The position numbers and the translations under genes are program-made. The notes under the pieces were generated by a model. The model was given only the letters and a program-made list of their open reading frames with translations, was not told the DNA's origin and searched no databases. From the NCBI GenBank assembly GCA_023818695.1, contig JAMWCF010000001.1, positions 147,306-211,305 of the forward strand: DNA of 64,000 bases, in the 5' to 3' direction. Each line of letters begins with the position of its first letter. Positions within the stretch are counted from its first letter, which is position 1. This document shows positions 52,331-61,501 of this stretch, in pieces. The stretch comes from Candidatus Omnitrophota bacterium. Its GTDB lineage: Bacteria; Omnitrophota; Gorgyraeia; 1-14-0-20-64-10.

Positions 52331-53135
52331 TGCCTATCGCAAGACCGCTGTGGAGGCTGCTCTGGCGGGAGGGAATGTCCTGGCGGCGAACGTCGGCCGG
52401 CTGAAGCGGTCGGATGTCCGCCGCAAGGGAGGGGTCGATTGGGTGACCAGGATCGACCATCTTTCGGAAGAGAGGATCCTGCGGGTGATCCGGCGGCGGT
52501 TTCCGGGCGACGCCATCGTGGCGGAGGAGTCGGCTCCTGCCGCTTCGGTCTGCGATCGCCAGTGGTTTGTAGACCCACTGGACGGCACGGTCAACTTCAT
52601 CCATGGGTTTCCGATGTTTTGCGTTTCCATCGGGTTCGCCCACAAAGGGGTGCTGCAGGTGGGAGCCATTTACGACCCCCTGCGGAAGGAACTCTTCACC
52701 GCTTCCCGAGGCCAGGGGGCCTACCTGAATAAAAAGCGGATCAGCGTAATCGCTGGCGGTGCCGGCCTTCAGGGGGTCCTGGTGACCACCGGGTTTCCGT
52801 TCAGGGCGAGCCGGCAGATTGACCTTTACCTGGAATCGTTCCGGCGGGTTTTCATGAAAACAGGGACGATTCGGAGGGCCGGTTCGGCCGCTTTGGACCT
52901 GGCCTACACGGCCTGCGGCAGGGCCGGCGGGTTTTGGGAGATGGCCCTATCCCCTTGGGACATGGCGGCGGGTGCTCTGTTGATCCAGGAGGCCGGAGGA
53001 AGGGTGAGCAACTTTTTCGGCGGGCCGTCCTATTTGTCGGATGGGCACATCGCCGCCGGCTCCCGGGTGGTCCACAAGGAGCTGGTCCGGATCCTGACGC
53101 CGGTTTTTCGGGGAAAGCTGGCGGGCGGCCGATGA
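52323..53135 (+). CDS. suhB: inositol monophosphatase family protein
   Basis: WFVDPLDGTVNFIHGFP and WDMAAGALL motifs. Confidence 0.9.
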   Translation: MNDAYRKTAVEAALAGGNVLAANVGRLKRSDVRRKGGVDWVTRIDHLSEERILRVIRRRFPGDAIVAEESAPAASVCDRQWFVDPLDGTVNFIHGFPMFCVSIGFAHKGVLQVGAIYDPLRKELFTASRGQGAYLNKKRISVIAGGAGLQGVLVTTGFPFRASRQIDLYLESFRRVFMKTGTIRRAGSAALDLAYTACGRAGGFWEMALSPWDMAAGALLIQEAGGRVSNFFGGPSYLSDGHIAAGSRVVHKELVRILTPVFRGKLAGGR

Positions 53136-53617
53136 CCCTCTCCGACTTCCAAAAGCAGGCCGATTTCTTCTTTGAGAAGGCTTTTGAACACCAGAAGCGG
53201 GGGGAGTTCAAGGAGGCAGTCGGCTGCTACAAGAAATCCCTGGAATTGCACCCGACCGCCAGGGCGCACACCTTTCTCGGATGGGCCTATTCCCTGACCG
53301 GCAGGTTTGAGGAGGCAATGGAGGAGTGCAAGAAGGCGATTCGGATCGACCCGGAGTTCGGAAATCCGTACAATGATATCGGCGCTTATCTGATCGAGCT
53401 GGGCCGGCTGGAGGAGGCGGTTCCCTGGCTGGAAAGGGCCATCCGGGCCAGGCGATATGCAGAAAGAATGTTTCCTTTCTACAATCTGGGTCGGATCTGG
53501 GAGATCAAGGGGAGGCTCCCAGATGCCATCCGGTGCTACGAGGAGGCCCTTCGGCAGAACCCGACGTACCTGTCGGCCAAGACAGCTTTGAGCCGGGTCC
53601 GGGCGCTGTTCAATTAG
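53132..53617 (+). CDS. TPR repeat protein (161 aa)
   Basis: ATG 53132 forms an ATGA overlap with suhB. The product contains several 34-aa TPR units (EAVGCYKKSLELHP, EAMEECKKAIRIDP, DAIRCYEEALRQNP). Confidence 0.75.
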   Translation: MTLSDFQKQADFFFEKAFEHQKRGEFKEAVGCYKKSLELHPTARAHTFLGWAYSLTGRFEEAMEECKKAIRIDPEFGNPYNDIGAYLIELGRLEEAVPWLERAIRARRYAERMFPFYNLGRIWEIKGRLPDAIRCYEEALRQNPTYLSAKTALSRVRALFN

Positions 53618-53667
53618 GTTCTCATGGGGCGTATATGTATATAGTGATAGGGATGAGGTGACACCAG

Positions 53668-54606
53668 ATGCCTGATGTGGAGAATGTCGTGATACTGGGT
53701 TCCGGCTGTGCCGGTTTGACGGCGGCGATTTACGCCTCCCGCGCCGATTTGAATCCTCTTCTGCTGGAAGGGACTTCGCCCGGCGGACAGCTGGCGATGA
53801 CGACCGACGTGGAGAATTATCCGGGGTTCCCCTCTGGGATCCAGGGGCCGGACCTGATGGAGCAGATGAAAAAACAGGCCGCCCGCTTCGGCACCCGGTT
53901 CCTCCAGGGGGATGCCGACCGGGTGGACGTCAAGCGCCGCCCGTTTCTAGTGGAGGTGTCGGGCCGGCAGATACAGACCCGGACTCTCATCGTCGCCACG
54001 GGCGCCTCCGCCCGGTTCCTGGGACTGGAATCGGAGAAGAGACTGGTCGGGCACGGGGTCTCCGCTTGCGCCACCTGCGACGCCTTCTTTTTCAAGGGCA
54101 AGGAGGTGGTGGTGGTCGGAGGGGGGGACACCGCTATGGAGGAATCGACCTTTTTGACGAAGTTCGCCAGCAAGGTGACCGTCGTCCACCGGAGGGACAC
54201 TCTGCGTGCTTCCAAGATCATGCAGGAGAGAGCCAAGGCGAACCCCAAGATCAACTGGATTTGGGACACCGCCGTTGCAGATATCTATGATCCGGCCCAG
54301 AAGAAGGTGACCGGCGTCCGCCTGAAGAACCTGAAGACCGGCGCGGAGTCCGATTTTCCATGCGATGGGGTTTTCATCGCCATCGGCCACCAGCCGAATA
54401 CCTCGTTCCTGAAGGGGCAGGTGGAGCTGGATGAGAAAGGGTATCTCGTGCTGAAGAAGAACACGCAGACCTCTGTTCCGGGCGTCTTCGGCTGCGGAGA
54501 TATCCACGACGTGCGGTACAAGCAGGCGGTGACGGCCGCCGGTTGGGGGTGCATGGCCGCGATCGACTGCGAAAGGTACCTTCAGGAGCAGGGGAATCAT
54601 TCATGA
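53668..54606 (+). CDS. trxB: thioredoxin-disulfide reductase
   Basis: ILGSGCAG, redox-active CATCDAFF and VVGGGDTAMEE. Confidence 0.95.
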   Translation: MPDVENVVILGSGCAGLTAAIYASRADLNPLLLEGTSPGGQLAMTTDVENYPGFPSGIQGPDLMEQMKKQAARFGTRFLQGDADRVDVKRRPFLVEVSGRQIQTRTLIVATGASARFLGLESEKRLVGHGVSACATCDAFFFKGKEVVVVGGGDTAMEESTFLTKFASKVTVVHRRDTLRASKIMQERAKANPKINWIWDTAVADIYDPAQKKVTGVRLKNLKTGAESDFPCDGVFIAIGHQPNTSFLKGQVELDEKGYLVLKKNTQTSVPGVFGCGDIHDVRYKQAVTAAGWGCMAAIDCERYLQEQGNHS

Positions 54607-55367
54607 GCGTCCTTCGGCTTTTTGAGCTCACGGGCAAGAAAGCGCTGGTGACCGGGGCCTCCCGCGGTCTGGGCAAGGCGATGGCGATTGCCCTGGCGCA
54701 GGCCGGCTGCGACCTCGCCCTCAACGCCAGGAATGAAGGGTCCCTGGGGGAAACCGCCCAGGCGATTCGGAAAGAGGGCCGGCAGGTCTGCCTCGTCGCG
54801 GGCGACGTCTCGAATGAGGCGGATGTGAAGAGGATCTGCGAAGGGGCGAATCAGCAGATGGGGCGGATCGATGTCCTGGTCAACAACGCCGGCGTGTGGG
54901 AGGGAAGCTACGTCATCCGGATGCAGAAGGCCGACTGGGACAGGGTGATCACCACCAACCTCACCGGCTCTTTTCTCATGGCGAAAGCGGCCGCCAAGAT
55001 CATGCTCAAGCAGCGGTCCGGCAAGATCATCCAGGTCTCCTCCATCCTTGGGCTGGCGGGGGGGCCTCAATCGGTCGCCTACAGCGCCGCCAAGGCCGGC
55101 GTGGTCCAGCTGACACGGGTCATGGCGATCGAGCTCGGTCCTGCTGGGATTCAGGTCAACGCCATCGCCCCCGGCTATTTCAAGACCGATATGACGAAAC
55201 AGTATGAATCGGACCCCGCCTTAAAGGCCTACATCGACAAGATCCCGGCCAAGCGGGTCGGCGAACCGGAGGATCTGGCCGGGCTGATCGTTTTTCTGGC
55301 TTCCAGAGCTTCGGACCACATCACGGGGCAGGTGATCGTCATCGATGGAGGGGAGATCCTTGTGTAA
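54603..55367 (+). CDS. SDR family oxidoreductase (3-oxoacyl-ACP reductase/gluconate 5-dehydrogenase-like)
   Basis: VTGASRGLG, NNAG and YSAAKAG. ATGA overlap with trxB. Confidence 0.85.
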   Translation: MSVLRLFELTGKKALVTGASRGLGKAMAIALAQAGCDLALNARNEGSLGETAQAIRKEGRQVCLVAGDVSNEADVKRICEGANQQMGRIDVLVNNAGVWEGSYVIRMQKADWDRVITTNLTGSFLMAKAAAKIMLKQRSGKIIQVSSILGLAGGPQSVAYSAAKAGVVQLTRVMAIELGPAGIQVNAIAPGYFKTDMTKQYESDPALKAYIDKIPAKRVGEPEDLAGLIVFLASRASDHITGQVIVIDGGEILV

Positions 55368-55398
55368 TGGATAACGCGGCTTGAGAGGAGGTGCGACG

Positions 55399-55932
55399 AT
55401 GGGCGCCGTCAGCGGGAAGAAAATCTTGATGGTGATCGCTTCAGACAAGTTCAGGGATGAGGAGTACCAGAAACCGCGGCGCATTCTTGAACAGGAAGGG
55501 GCCTCCGTCACGGTAGCCTCTTCCACTCTGAAGGAATCCACCGGCATGCTGGGGCTGAAGGTCAAGCCGGACATCCTTCTCCAAAACGCCGATATGAGCG
55601 CCTATGACGCCGTCATCTTCGTGGGAGGGTACGGCGCGCAGGAGTATTGGGACGACCCCGCCGCGCACGCCCTCGCCAGGAAAGCATTCAATTCCGGCAA
55701 GCTGACGTCAGCGATCTGCGTGGCCCCGATGACCCTCGCCAACGCCGGCATCCTCAAGGGAAGGAAGGCGACCATCTGGCCGGATTGCGCCGATGACTTC
55801 AAGACCAAAGGGGTCGTCTACACCGGCTCTCCCGTTGAGAAGGACGGCACGTTGATCACCGGTTCGGGGCCGGACGCCGCCGACGCTTTCGGCAAGGCGC
55901 TGCTGCAGGCATTGAAACAGAGACCCTCCTGA
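55399..55932 (+). CDS. DJ-1/PfpI family protein
   Basis: KILMVIASDKFRDEEY and the nucleophile elbow AICVAP. ATG 55399 lies 7 nt after GAGGAGG. Confidence 0.8.
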   Translation: MGAVSGKKILMVIASDKFRDEEYQKPRRILEQEGASVTVASSTLKESTGMLGLKVKPDILLQNADMSAYDAVIFVGGYGAQEYWDDPAAHALARKAFNSGKLTSAICVAPMTLANAGILKGRKATIWPDCADDFKTKGVVYTGSPVEKDGTLITGSGPDAADAFGKALLQALKQRPS

Positions 55933-55941
55933 ACCGGCGGC

Positions 55942-57423
55942 ATGGGTAGCCACATCCTGGCGATTGATCAAGGCACGACCGGCACCAGGGCCATCCTCTT
56001 TCACCGGTCCGGCCGCGTGGCCGGGCAGGCCTACCAGGAGCTGTCCCAGCATTTCCCGAAACCGGGATGGGTGGAACACGACCCCGAGGAGATCTGGCGT
56101 TCGACCGTGCGTGTCATCGGACAGGCGGCCCGCCATGCCGGCATCAAGCTTTCCTCCGTGGAGGCGATTGGGATCACGAACCAGAGGGAGACCACGGTCC
56201 TCTGGGACAAGCGGTCAGGAAGGCCGCTTTACCGGGCGATCGTCTGGCAGGACAGGAGGACCTCCGATATCTGCCGGGGACTGAAGCCGCGCGAGCCAGA
56301 CGTCCGGACCGTCACCGGCTTGGTGCTGGATCCTTATTTTTCAGGAACGAAATTGACCTGGCTCATCCGGCATGTCCCGGTCGTGTCCCGGGCCATCCGG
56401 GCCGGTCGGGCCGCTTTCGGAACGGTCGACTCCTGGCTTCTCTGGAAGCTGACCGGCGGCGCCGTCCATGCCACCGACGTCACCAATGCCTCCCGGACCC
56501 TCCTGTACGATCTTCGCAGGTGGCGCTGGTCCCGGCCGATGATGAAGATGCTCGGAGTTCCCGGCTCCATTCTGCCGGATGTTCTACCCTCCGGCTCCCA
56601 TTTCGGGGAGACGGCGCGATTGGCGTTTCTGCCTTCGGGGATCCCGATCCGCGGCATCGCCGGTGACCAGCAGGCGGCCCTGTACGGACAGGGCTGCGTC
56701 TCCGCCGGTTCGGCGAAGAACACGTACGGGACCGGCTGTTTTCTTCTCATGCAAACCGGCAGGCGGTTCGTGCGCTCCAGCGCTGGGCTGATCACCACGG
56801 CGGCGTGCGACGATCTGGGCCATCCGGCTTACGCGCTGGAAGGATCGGTCTTCATCGCTGGCGCCGCGGTCCAATGGCTGCGCGACGGCCTGAAGATCAT
56901 CAAGACGGCTTCGGAGACGGAAAAACTGGCCCGGTCGGTGAAAGACACCGGCGGCGTCTATTTCGTCCCCGCATTCGTCGGTCTGGGGGCCCCTTATTGG
57001 AACCCGGAGGCCAGAGGGCTGATCTGCGGGTTGACGCGGGGCAGCGGCCGGGCCCATCTGGCGCGGGCCGCCCTGGAGTCGATCGCTTTCCAATCGCAGG
57101 AGGTCCTGGAGGCGATGCGCAGGGACAGCGGGATCGGCCTGCGTTCCCTTCAGGTCGATGGAGGAGCGACAAAGAATGACTTTCTGCTGCAGTTTCAGGC
57201 CGATCTGACCGGTGTATCCGTTGTCAGACCGAAGATCGTAGAGACGACGGCGCTGGGGGCCGCCCAATTGGCCGGCGTCGGCATCGGCATGTGGAGTCAA
57301 AAGGATCTTCAGAGAATGAGGGGAACAGACAAGAGATTTTTCCCTCGATGGACGGACAAGGAGAGGACAATGGCCATGAAACGCTGGCGGGCCGCTGTGG
57401 CACGGACTCTCCTAATCCCCTGA
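55942..57423 (+). CDS. glpK: glycerol kinase
   Basis: ILAIDQGTTGTRAILF, NQRETTVLWD and FVPAFVGLGAPYW. Confidence 0.95.
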   Translation: MGSHILAIDQGTTGTRAILFHRSGRVAGQAYQELSQHFPKPGWVEHDPEEIWRSTVRVIGQAARHAGIKLSSVEAIGITNQRETTVLWDKRSGRPLYRAIVWQDRRTSDICRGLKPREPDVRTVTGLVLDPYFSGTKLTWLIRHVPVVSRAIRAGRAAFGTVDSWLLWKLTGGAVHATDVTNASRTLLYDLRRWRWSRPMMKMLGVPGSILPDVLPSGSHFGETARLAFLPSGIPIRGIAGDQQAALYGQGCVSAGSAKNTYGTGCFLLMQTGRRFVRSSAGLITTAACDDLGHPAYALEGSVFIAGAAVQWLRDGLKIIKTASETEKLARSVKDTGGVYFVPAFVGLGAPYWNPEARGLICGLTRGSGRAHLARAALESIAFQSQEVLEAMRRDSGIGLRSLQVDGGATKNDFLLQFQADLTGVSVVRPKIVETTALGAAQLAGVGIGMWSQKDLQRMRGTDKRFFPRWTDKERTMAMKRWRAAVARTLLIP

Positions 57424-57435
57424 TACAGCCGCGCC

Positions 57436-59046
57436 GTGCGACGGGACATCGACCGCCTGCTGGAGGGCCCCTTTGATCTTCTCATCGTCGGCGGCGGCAT
57501 TGTCGGCGCCGGCATCGCGTGGGATGCCGCCGGCCGCGGCCTGCGGGTCGTCCTGGTCGAGCAGGAGGATTTTGCTTCAGGGACCTCCTCCAAGACGACC
57601 AAGCTGATCCATGGGGGAATCCGGTATCTGGAAAATCTGGATTTTCGGCTTGTCCGGGAAGCGATCCGCGAAAGACAGCTTCTGCTCACCGCCGCCCCTC
57701 ACCTTGTCTCGCCGCTGCCGTTCCTGATCCCAGTGGCGGGAAAATTCCCGAGACCGTGGCCCATGGTCAGGGCCGGCGTTTCCCTCTACGGGTTTTTGGC
57801 CGGCCGCTCCGGAATCCCCGGGCACAGATTTCTCTCCCGGCAGACCGTCCTCCGAGAGGAGCCGATCTTATCGGAGTCGTCGGTTGAGAAGGGAGCCGTC
57901 TACTACGATGCTCAAATGGACGACGCCCGGATGGTTTGGGAAGTCCTGTTCTGCGCGATGGAGAAAGGAGCGGTCGCCGCCAACCATCTCCAGGTACAGC
58001 GATGGATTATGGAGGAGGGCCGGATCCGGGGGGCGGAACTTAAAGACCGTGTGTCGGGCCGGCTCTTTTCCGTATCGGCTAGGGTAATCGTCAATGCGAC
58101 CGGTCCATGGTCCGACCGGCTCCGGTGTCTGGCGGATCCGCGCAGCGCGCCGATTGTCAGACCCTCCAAGGGGATCCATCTTGTCTACCCCGATATCGGA
58201 CTGCGTCACGCCCTCCTTTTATCTTCCGGGAAAGACAACAGGATTTTCTTTCTGATCCCCTGGCGGGGGATGACCTTGATTGGCACGACCGACACCGATT
58301 ATCAAGGGGACCCGGGCCAGGCGCATGCCGATGCTGAGGACGTCAATTATCTCCTGGAATCGTCCAACAGGATCGCCCCGCGGTTGAGGCTCTTGAAAGA
58401 AAGAATCATCTCCACGTTCGCCGGCGTCAGACCCCTGATCGCACGGGACCAGAAAGACCCCTGGGCCGTCAGCCGTTCCCACTTAATCCACCAGGATTCC
58501 AACGGGCTCCTGTCGGTTGTCGGCGGGAAATTCACTACCTTCCGCCGAACCGCCGAAGAGGTGGTGAACAGGGTCTGCGCCCTTCTGCCGGACAGGAAAA
58601 CCGCAGCCTGCGTGACGACCGGCTCCCCGATCGGCTACCGCCCTTCGACGGTTTCCAAAAAGGGGATCCACGCATCGGCCCTCTTTCTTGTTGAAAAGGG
58701 GATTCTGGAGCCGGCTGCTGTCGAACGTCTCATCAAGAGGTACGGCATTCAAACGCCGTTGTTGTTCGATGCGATTAAGCAGGACCCCTCTCTGGCCGCT
58801 CCTCTGTGTTCCCATCATCCCTTCCTGGCCGCGGAGGTCCGGTTCGCCGTCGAGCATGAAATGGCGGTGACCCTTGCCGATCTGCTCCAGAGACGCTTTC
58901 AGGTTGATTGTTCCCCCTGCCGCGGTTTCGATATGCTCCCGGCCTGCGCGCAGCTCATGGGTGCCCTGCTGGGATGGTCTGCCGAACGGCGCCAGGAGAT
59001 GACGGCGCAGGTCCGGCGCCAGCTCTTGGGTATGGTTAATCAATAA
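57436..59046 (+). CDS. glpD: FAD-dependent glycerol-3-phosphate dehydrogenase
   Basis: FDLLIVGGGIVGAGIA, ASGTSSKTTKLIHGGIRYLE. GTG start. Confidence 0.9.
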   Translation: MRRDIDRLLEGPFDLLIVGGGIVGAGIAWDAAGRGLRVVLVEQEDFASGTSSKTTKLIHGGIRYLENLDFRLVREAIRERQLLLTAAPHLVSPLPFLIPVAGKFPRPWPMVRAGVSLYGFLAGRSGIPGHRFLSRQTVLREEPILSESSVEKGAVYYDAQMDDARMVWEVLFCAMEKGAVAANHLQVQRWIMEEGRIRGAELKDRVSGRLFSVSARVIVNATGPWSDRLRCLADPRSAPIVRPSKGIHLVYPDIGLRHALLLSSGKDNRIFFLIPWRGMTLIGTTDTDYQGDPGQAHADAEDVNYLLESSNRIAPRLRLLKERIISTFAGVRPLIARDQKDPWAVSRSHLIHQDSNGLLSVVGGKFTTFRRTAEEVVNRVCALLPDRKTAACVTTGSPIGYRPSTVSKKGIHASALFLVEKGILEPAAVERLIKRYGIQTPLLFDAIKQDPSLAAPLCSHHPFLAAEVRFAVEHEMAVTLADLLQRRFQVDCSPCRGFDMLPACAQLMGALLGWSAERRQEMTAQVRRQLLGMVNQ

Positions 59047-59191
59047 CTAATTTTGATATTTTAGGCCGATATCCTGGACACGCCCTTCTTTTGGAGGCAT
59101 ACTTGATAGTGCTTCATCGGAAAGCAGGAAAGGAGGCATGGTATCGATTAAGACAAAGTAAGCTGTTACCCGTTTACGGGTTGTGTGAAAA

Positions 59192-59245
59192 CGCCGGGCT
59201 GTTTCTCTGATATCAGGAAGGACAGCCCGGCGATTTTTCTTTTTT
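59192..59245 (+). terminator. intrinsic terminator
   Basis: An 11-bp GC-rich stem (CGCCGGGCTGT 59192-59202 pairs with ACAGCCCGGCG 59222-59232). The loop contains the palindrome CTGATATCAG. The tract ATTTTTCTTTTTT follows. Confidence 0.55.
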
Positions 59246-59278
59246 CGGACTCCCGGACGCTGTACACTAAAATCCGAG

Positions 59279-60871
59279 ATGAACGCGATCCTGCGGCTGA
59301 CCGGTTTTTTCGCATTCATGGCGGCGGTCTTTTTCCTGTCCGCCGTCCCGCTTCCCGCCAAAGATCCGAGCTGGAGCGATCTGAACGAACTGGTGACGGT
59401 CCTCTACCAGAAAGGCAGATATACCGAAGCGGTTTCGGTGGCCAAGGAGTCCCTGGAATTGGCCAGGAAGATGTTCGGTTCCGATCATCCCAACGTCGCC
59501 ACCAGTTTGAACAACCTGGCCTCCCTCTATAAATCGACAGGCAGATTCCAGGAAGCGGAGCCCCTTTATCAGGAGGCGATGGCCATTTATGAAAAGGCCT
59601 TCGGCGAAGACCATCCTTATGTGGCCACCTGCCTGAACAATCTCTCCTCCCTGTACAAGTCGCAGGGAAAATACGCCAAAGCCGATCCCTTGAGCCGCAA
59701 GGCACTGGAAGTCTACGAGAAGGCGTTCGGACAGGACCATCCCCAGGTGGCGACGACTTTGAACAACATCGCGGAGATTCACCGGGCGCGGGGCCAGTAC
59801 GCGGAGGCCGAACCGCTTTATCAGCGGGCACTGACGATCCTGGAAAAAACAATGGGAGGGGACAACCCGAACACCGCCACCCCGATGAATAATCTCGCGG
59901 AGCTCTACCGGCTTCAGGGGCGTTTCGACCGGGCGGAGCCCCTTTATCAGAAGGCGATCGAGATCGTTTCCAAGGCGTTCGGCGAGAGCCATCCGGATGT
60001 GGCGACGTACAAGAATAATCTGGCCCTGCTTTATAAAGTGCAGGGCCGTTTTGAGGATGCCGAGAAGACGTACATGACGGCGCTCCATATCGTTGAACGG
60101 GAACTGGGGAAGGACCATCCGGAGGCCGCCCACATCCTGAACAATCTCGCGGAGCTGTACCGGGCCCAGGGAAAGAATGATGAGGCCAAAGCGCTTTACG
60201 AAAAATCGCTGGGAATCCAGCGGGCCGTGTTGGGTGAGAACTCCTCTCAAACGGCCACGACCCTCAACAACCTGGCTGAACTCTACCGCTCCACGGGAAA
60301 TCTGGATAAGGCGGAGGCCCTTTTTAAGCAATCCCTGGAAATGCGTGAACAGGCGCTGGGGCCGGAACACCCGGATGTGGCCGTTGCCTTGAGCAACCTG
60401 GCGGGGCTTTACTACGATCGGGCCCGCTACCAGGAAGCGCAGGATATGTATGAGCGGGCACTGAAGATCCGGGAGAAGGTTTTCGTGCCGGGGCATCCGG
60501 ACATCGCCATCCTGTTGCACAACCTCGCCGGTGTTTACCAGACCCAGGCCCGATACCGGGAGGCGGAGGTCCTTTATAAGCGCTCCATCGGCATTCTGGA
60601 AAAGGCCTTTGGCGCCGACCATGTAAACCTGGCCAACTCCCTCAACAACCTCGCGTTGCTTTATAAGTGGCAGGGGCGCTACGACGAAGCAGCGGCGCTT
60701 TACCAGGAGGCGCTGGCCTCTTTGGAAAAGAATTACGGCGCGGACCACCCGGACGTGCTGATCGTCTTGAGCAACTACGCGGCTTTTTTAAGGGAGATCG
60801 GGCGCATCCGGGAAGCGGAAGAGATTGAGGAGCGTTTGAAGCGGCAGGTGGAAGCCGGCTCTAGTTCCTGA
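59279..60871 (+). CDS. secreted TPR-repeat protein (kinesin-light-chain-type 42-aa TPR units)
   Basis: Signal peptide MNAILRLTGFFAFMAAVFFLSAVPLPA, followed by 12 tandem units. Confidence 0.85.
   Translation: MNAILRLTGFFAFMAAVFFLSAVPLPAKDPSWSDLNELVTVLYQKGRYTEAVSVAKESLELARKMFGSDHPNVATSLNNLASLYKSTGRFQEAEPLYQEAMAIYEKAFGEDHPYVATCLNNLSSLYKSQGKYAKADPLSRKALEVYEKAFGQDHPQVATTLNNIAEIHRARGQYAEAEPLYQRALTILEKTMGGDNPNTATPMNNLAELYRLQGRFDRAEPLYQKAIEIVSKAFGESHPDVATYKNNLALLYKVQGRFEDAEKTYMTALHIVERELGKDHPEAAHILNNLAELYRAQGKNDEAKALYEKSLGIQRAVLGENSSQTATTLNNLAELYRSTGNLDKAEALFKQSLEMREQALGPEHPDVAVALSNLAGLYYDRARYQEAQDMYERALKIREKVFVPGHPDIAILLHNLAGVYQTQARYREAEVLYKRSIGILEKAFGADHVNLANSLNNLALLYKWQGRYDEAAALYQEALASLEKNYGADHPDVLIVLSNYAAFLREIGRIREAEEIEERLKRQVEAGSSS
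59372..60850 (+). repeat. twelve tandem 126-nt (42-aa) coding repeats
   Basis: Units start at aa 70, 112, 154 ... 490 with exact 42-aa periodicity. Consensus: HP.VA..LNNLA.LY..QGRY.EAEPLY..AL.I.EKA.G.D. A partial unit lies at aa 32-69. Confidence 0.85.
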
Positions 60872-61496
60872 CGCCGATCCGCGGACAGAGCGACCCCAAC
60901 GGGCATTCGCCGCAGGCCGGCTTGATCGCTTTGCAGATCCGCCTTCCGTGAAAGATCAGCAGGTGTGAGAAGAGGGTCCAGGCCCGCTTCGGAACCTGCT
61001 TCATTAGATCGATCTCAATCTTGTCCGGATCCGACTCCTTGGAAAGGCCGATCCGGTTGGCCAGCCGGCGCACGTGCGTGTCGACGACGATCCCCGGGAC
61101 GTCGTAGACGTTGCCAAGAATCACATTGGCGGTCTTGCGCCAGACCCCCGGCAAGGTGATCAACTCCTCCATCGTGCGGGGAACCTCTCCGCCGAACCGG
61201 TCCCGCAGGATCTTCCCGATCCCCTGGATGGTCTTCGCTTTCTGCCTGTAAAACCCGGTTGACCGGATCTCTCTCTGCAGAACGGACAGGTTCGCCTTCG
61301 CGTAATCCTCCGCGGTCCTGTATTTTCTAAACAGGGCGGGGGTGACCTTATTGACCCTTTCATCGGTGCATTGGGCCGACAGGATGGTCGCCACGAGCAA
61401 TTCGAGCGGGGTTTTGTAGTGAAGGGAGCAGGCGGCGTCCGGGTGAAGTTTTTTAAGAGCGGCGAGAACTTTCCTGGCCAGGCCTGTTGAAGGCAT
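60861..61496 (-). CDS. nth: endonuclease III
   Basis: HhH-GPD fold and the 4Fe-4S loop CKAIKPACGECPLGSLC (C-x6-C-x2-C-x5-C). Confidence 0.95.
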   Translation of the reverse strand: MPSTGLARKVLAALKKLHPDAACSLHYKTPLELLVATILSAQCTDERVNKVTPALFRKYRTAEDYAKANLSVLQREIRSTGFYRQKAKTIQGIGKILRDRFGGEVPRTMEELITLPGVWRKTANVILGNVYDVPGIVVDTHVRRLANRIGLSKESDPDKIEIDLMKQVPKRAWTLFSHLLIFHGRRICKAIKPACGECPLGSLCPRIGVRN

Positions 61497-61501
61497 CGGC
61501 G

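Noticed and set aside
53631-53650. A tandem GTATAT-GTATAT plus TATAGT upstream of trxB, as a possible operator or promoter.
   Set aside because: A -10-like hexamer is present, but I found no convincing -35 element or symmetric operator. The element is too short to call.
59138-59161. A seven-codon mini-ORF (ATG GTA TCG ATT AAG ACA AAG TAA) preceded by AAAGGAGG.
   Set aside because: The Shine-Dalgarno-like sequence ends only 1-2 nt before the ATG, which is too close for initiation. There is no other support.
59372-60850. A regular 126-nt periodicity that could superficially suggest a repeat array or CRISPR.
   Set aside because: The repeats are contiguous, with no spacers. They are in frame and encode TPR units of a single long ORF. 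No cas genes are present.
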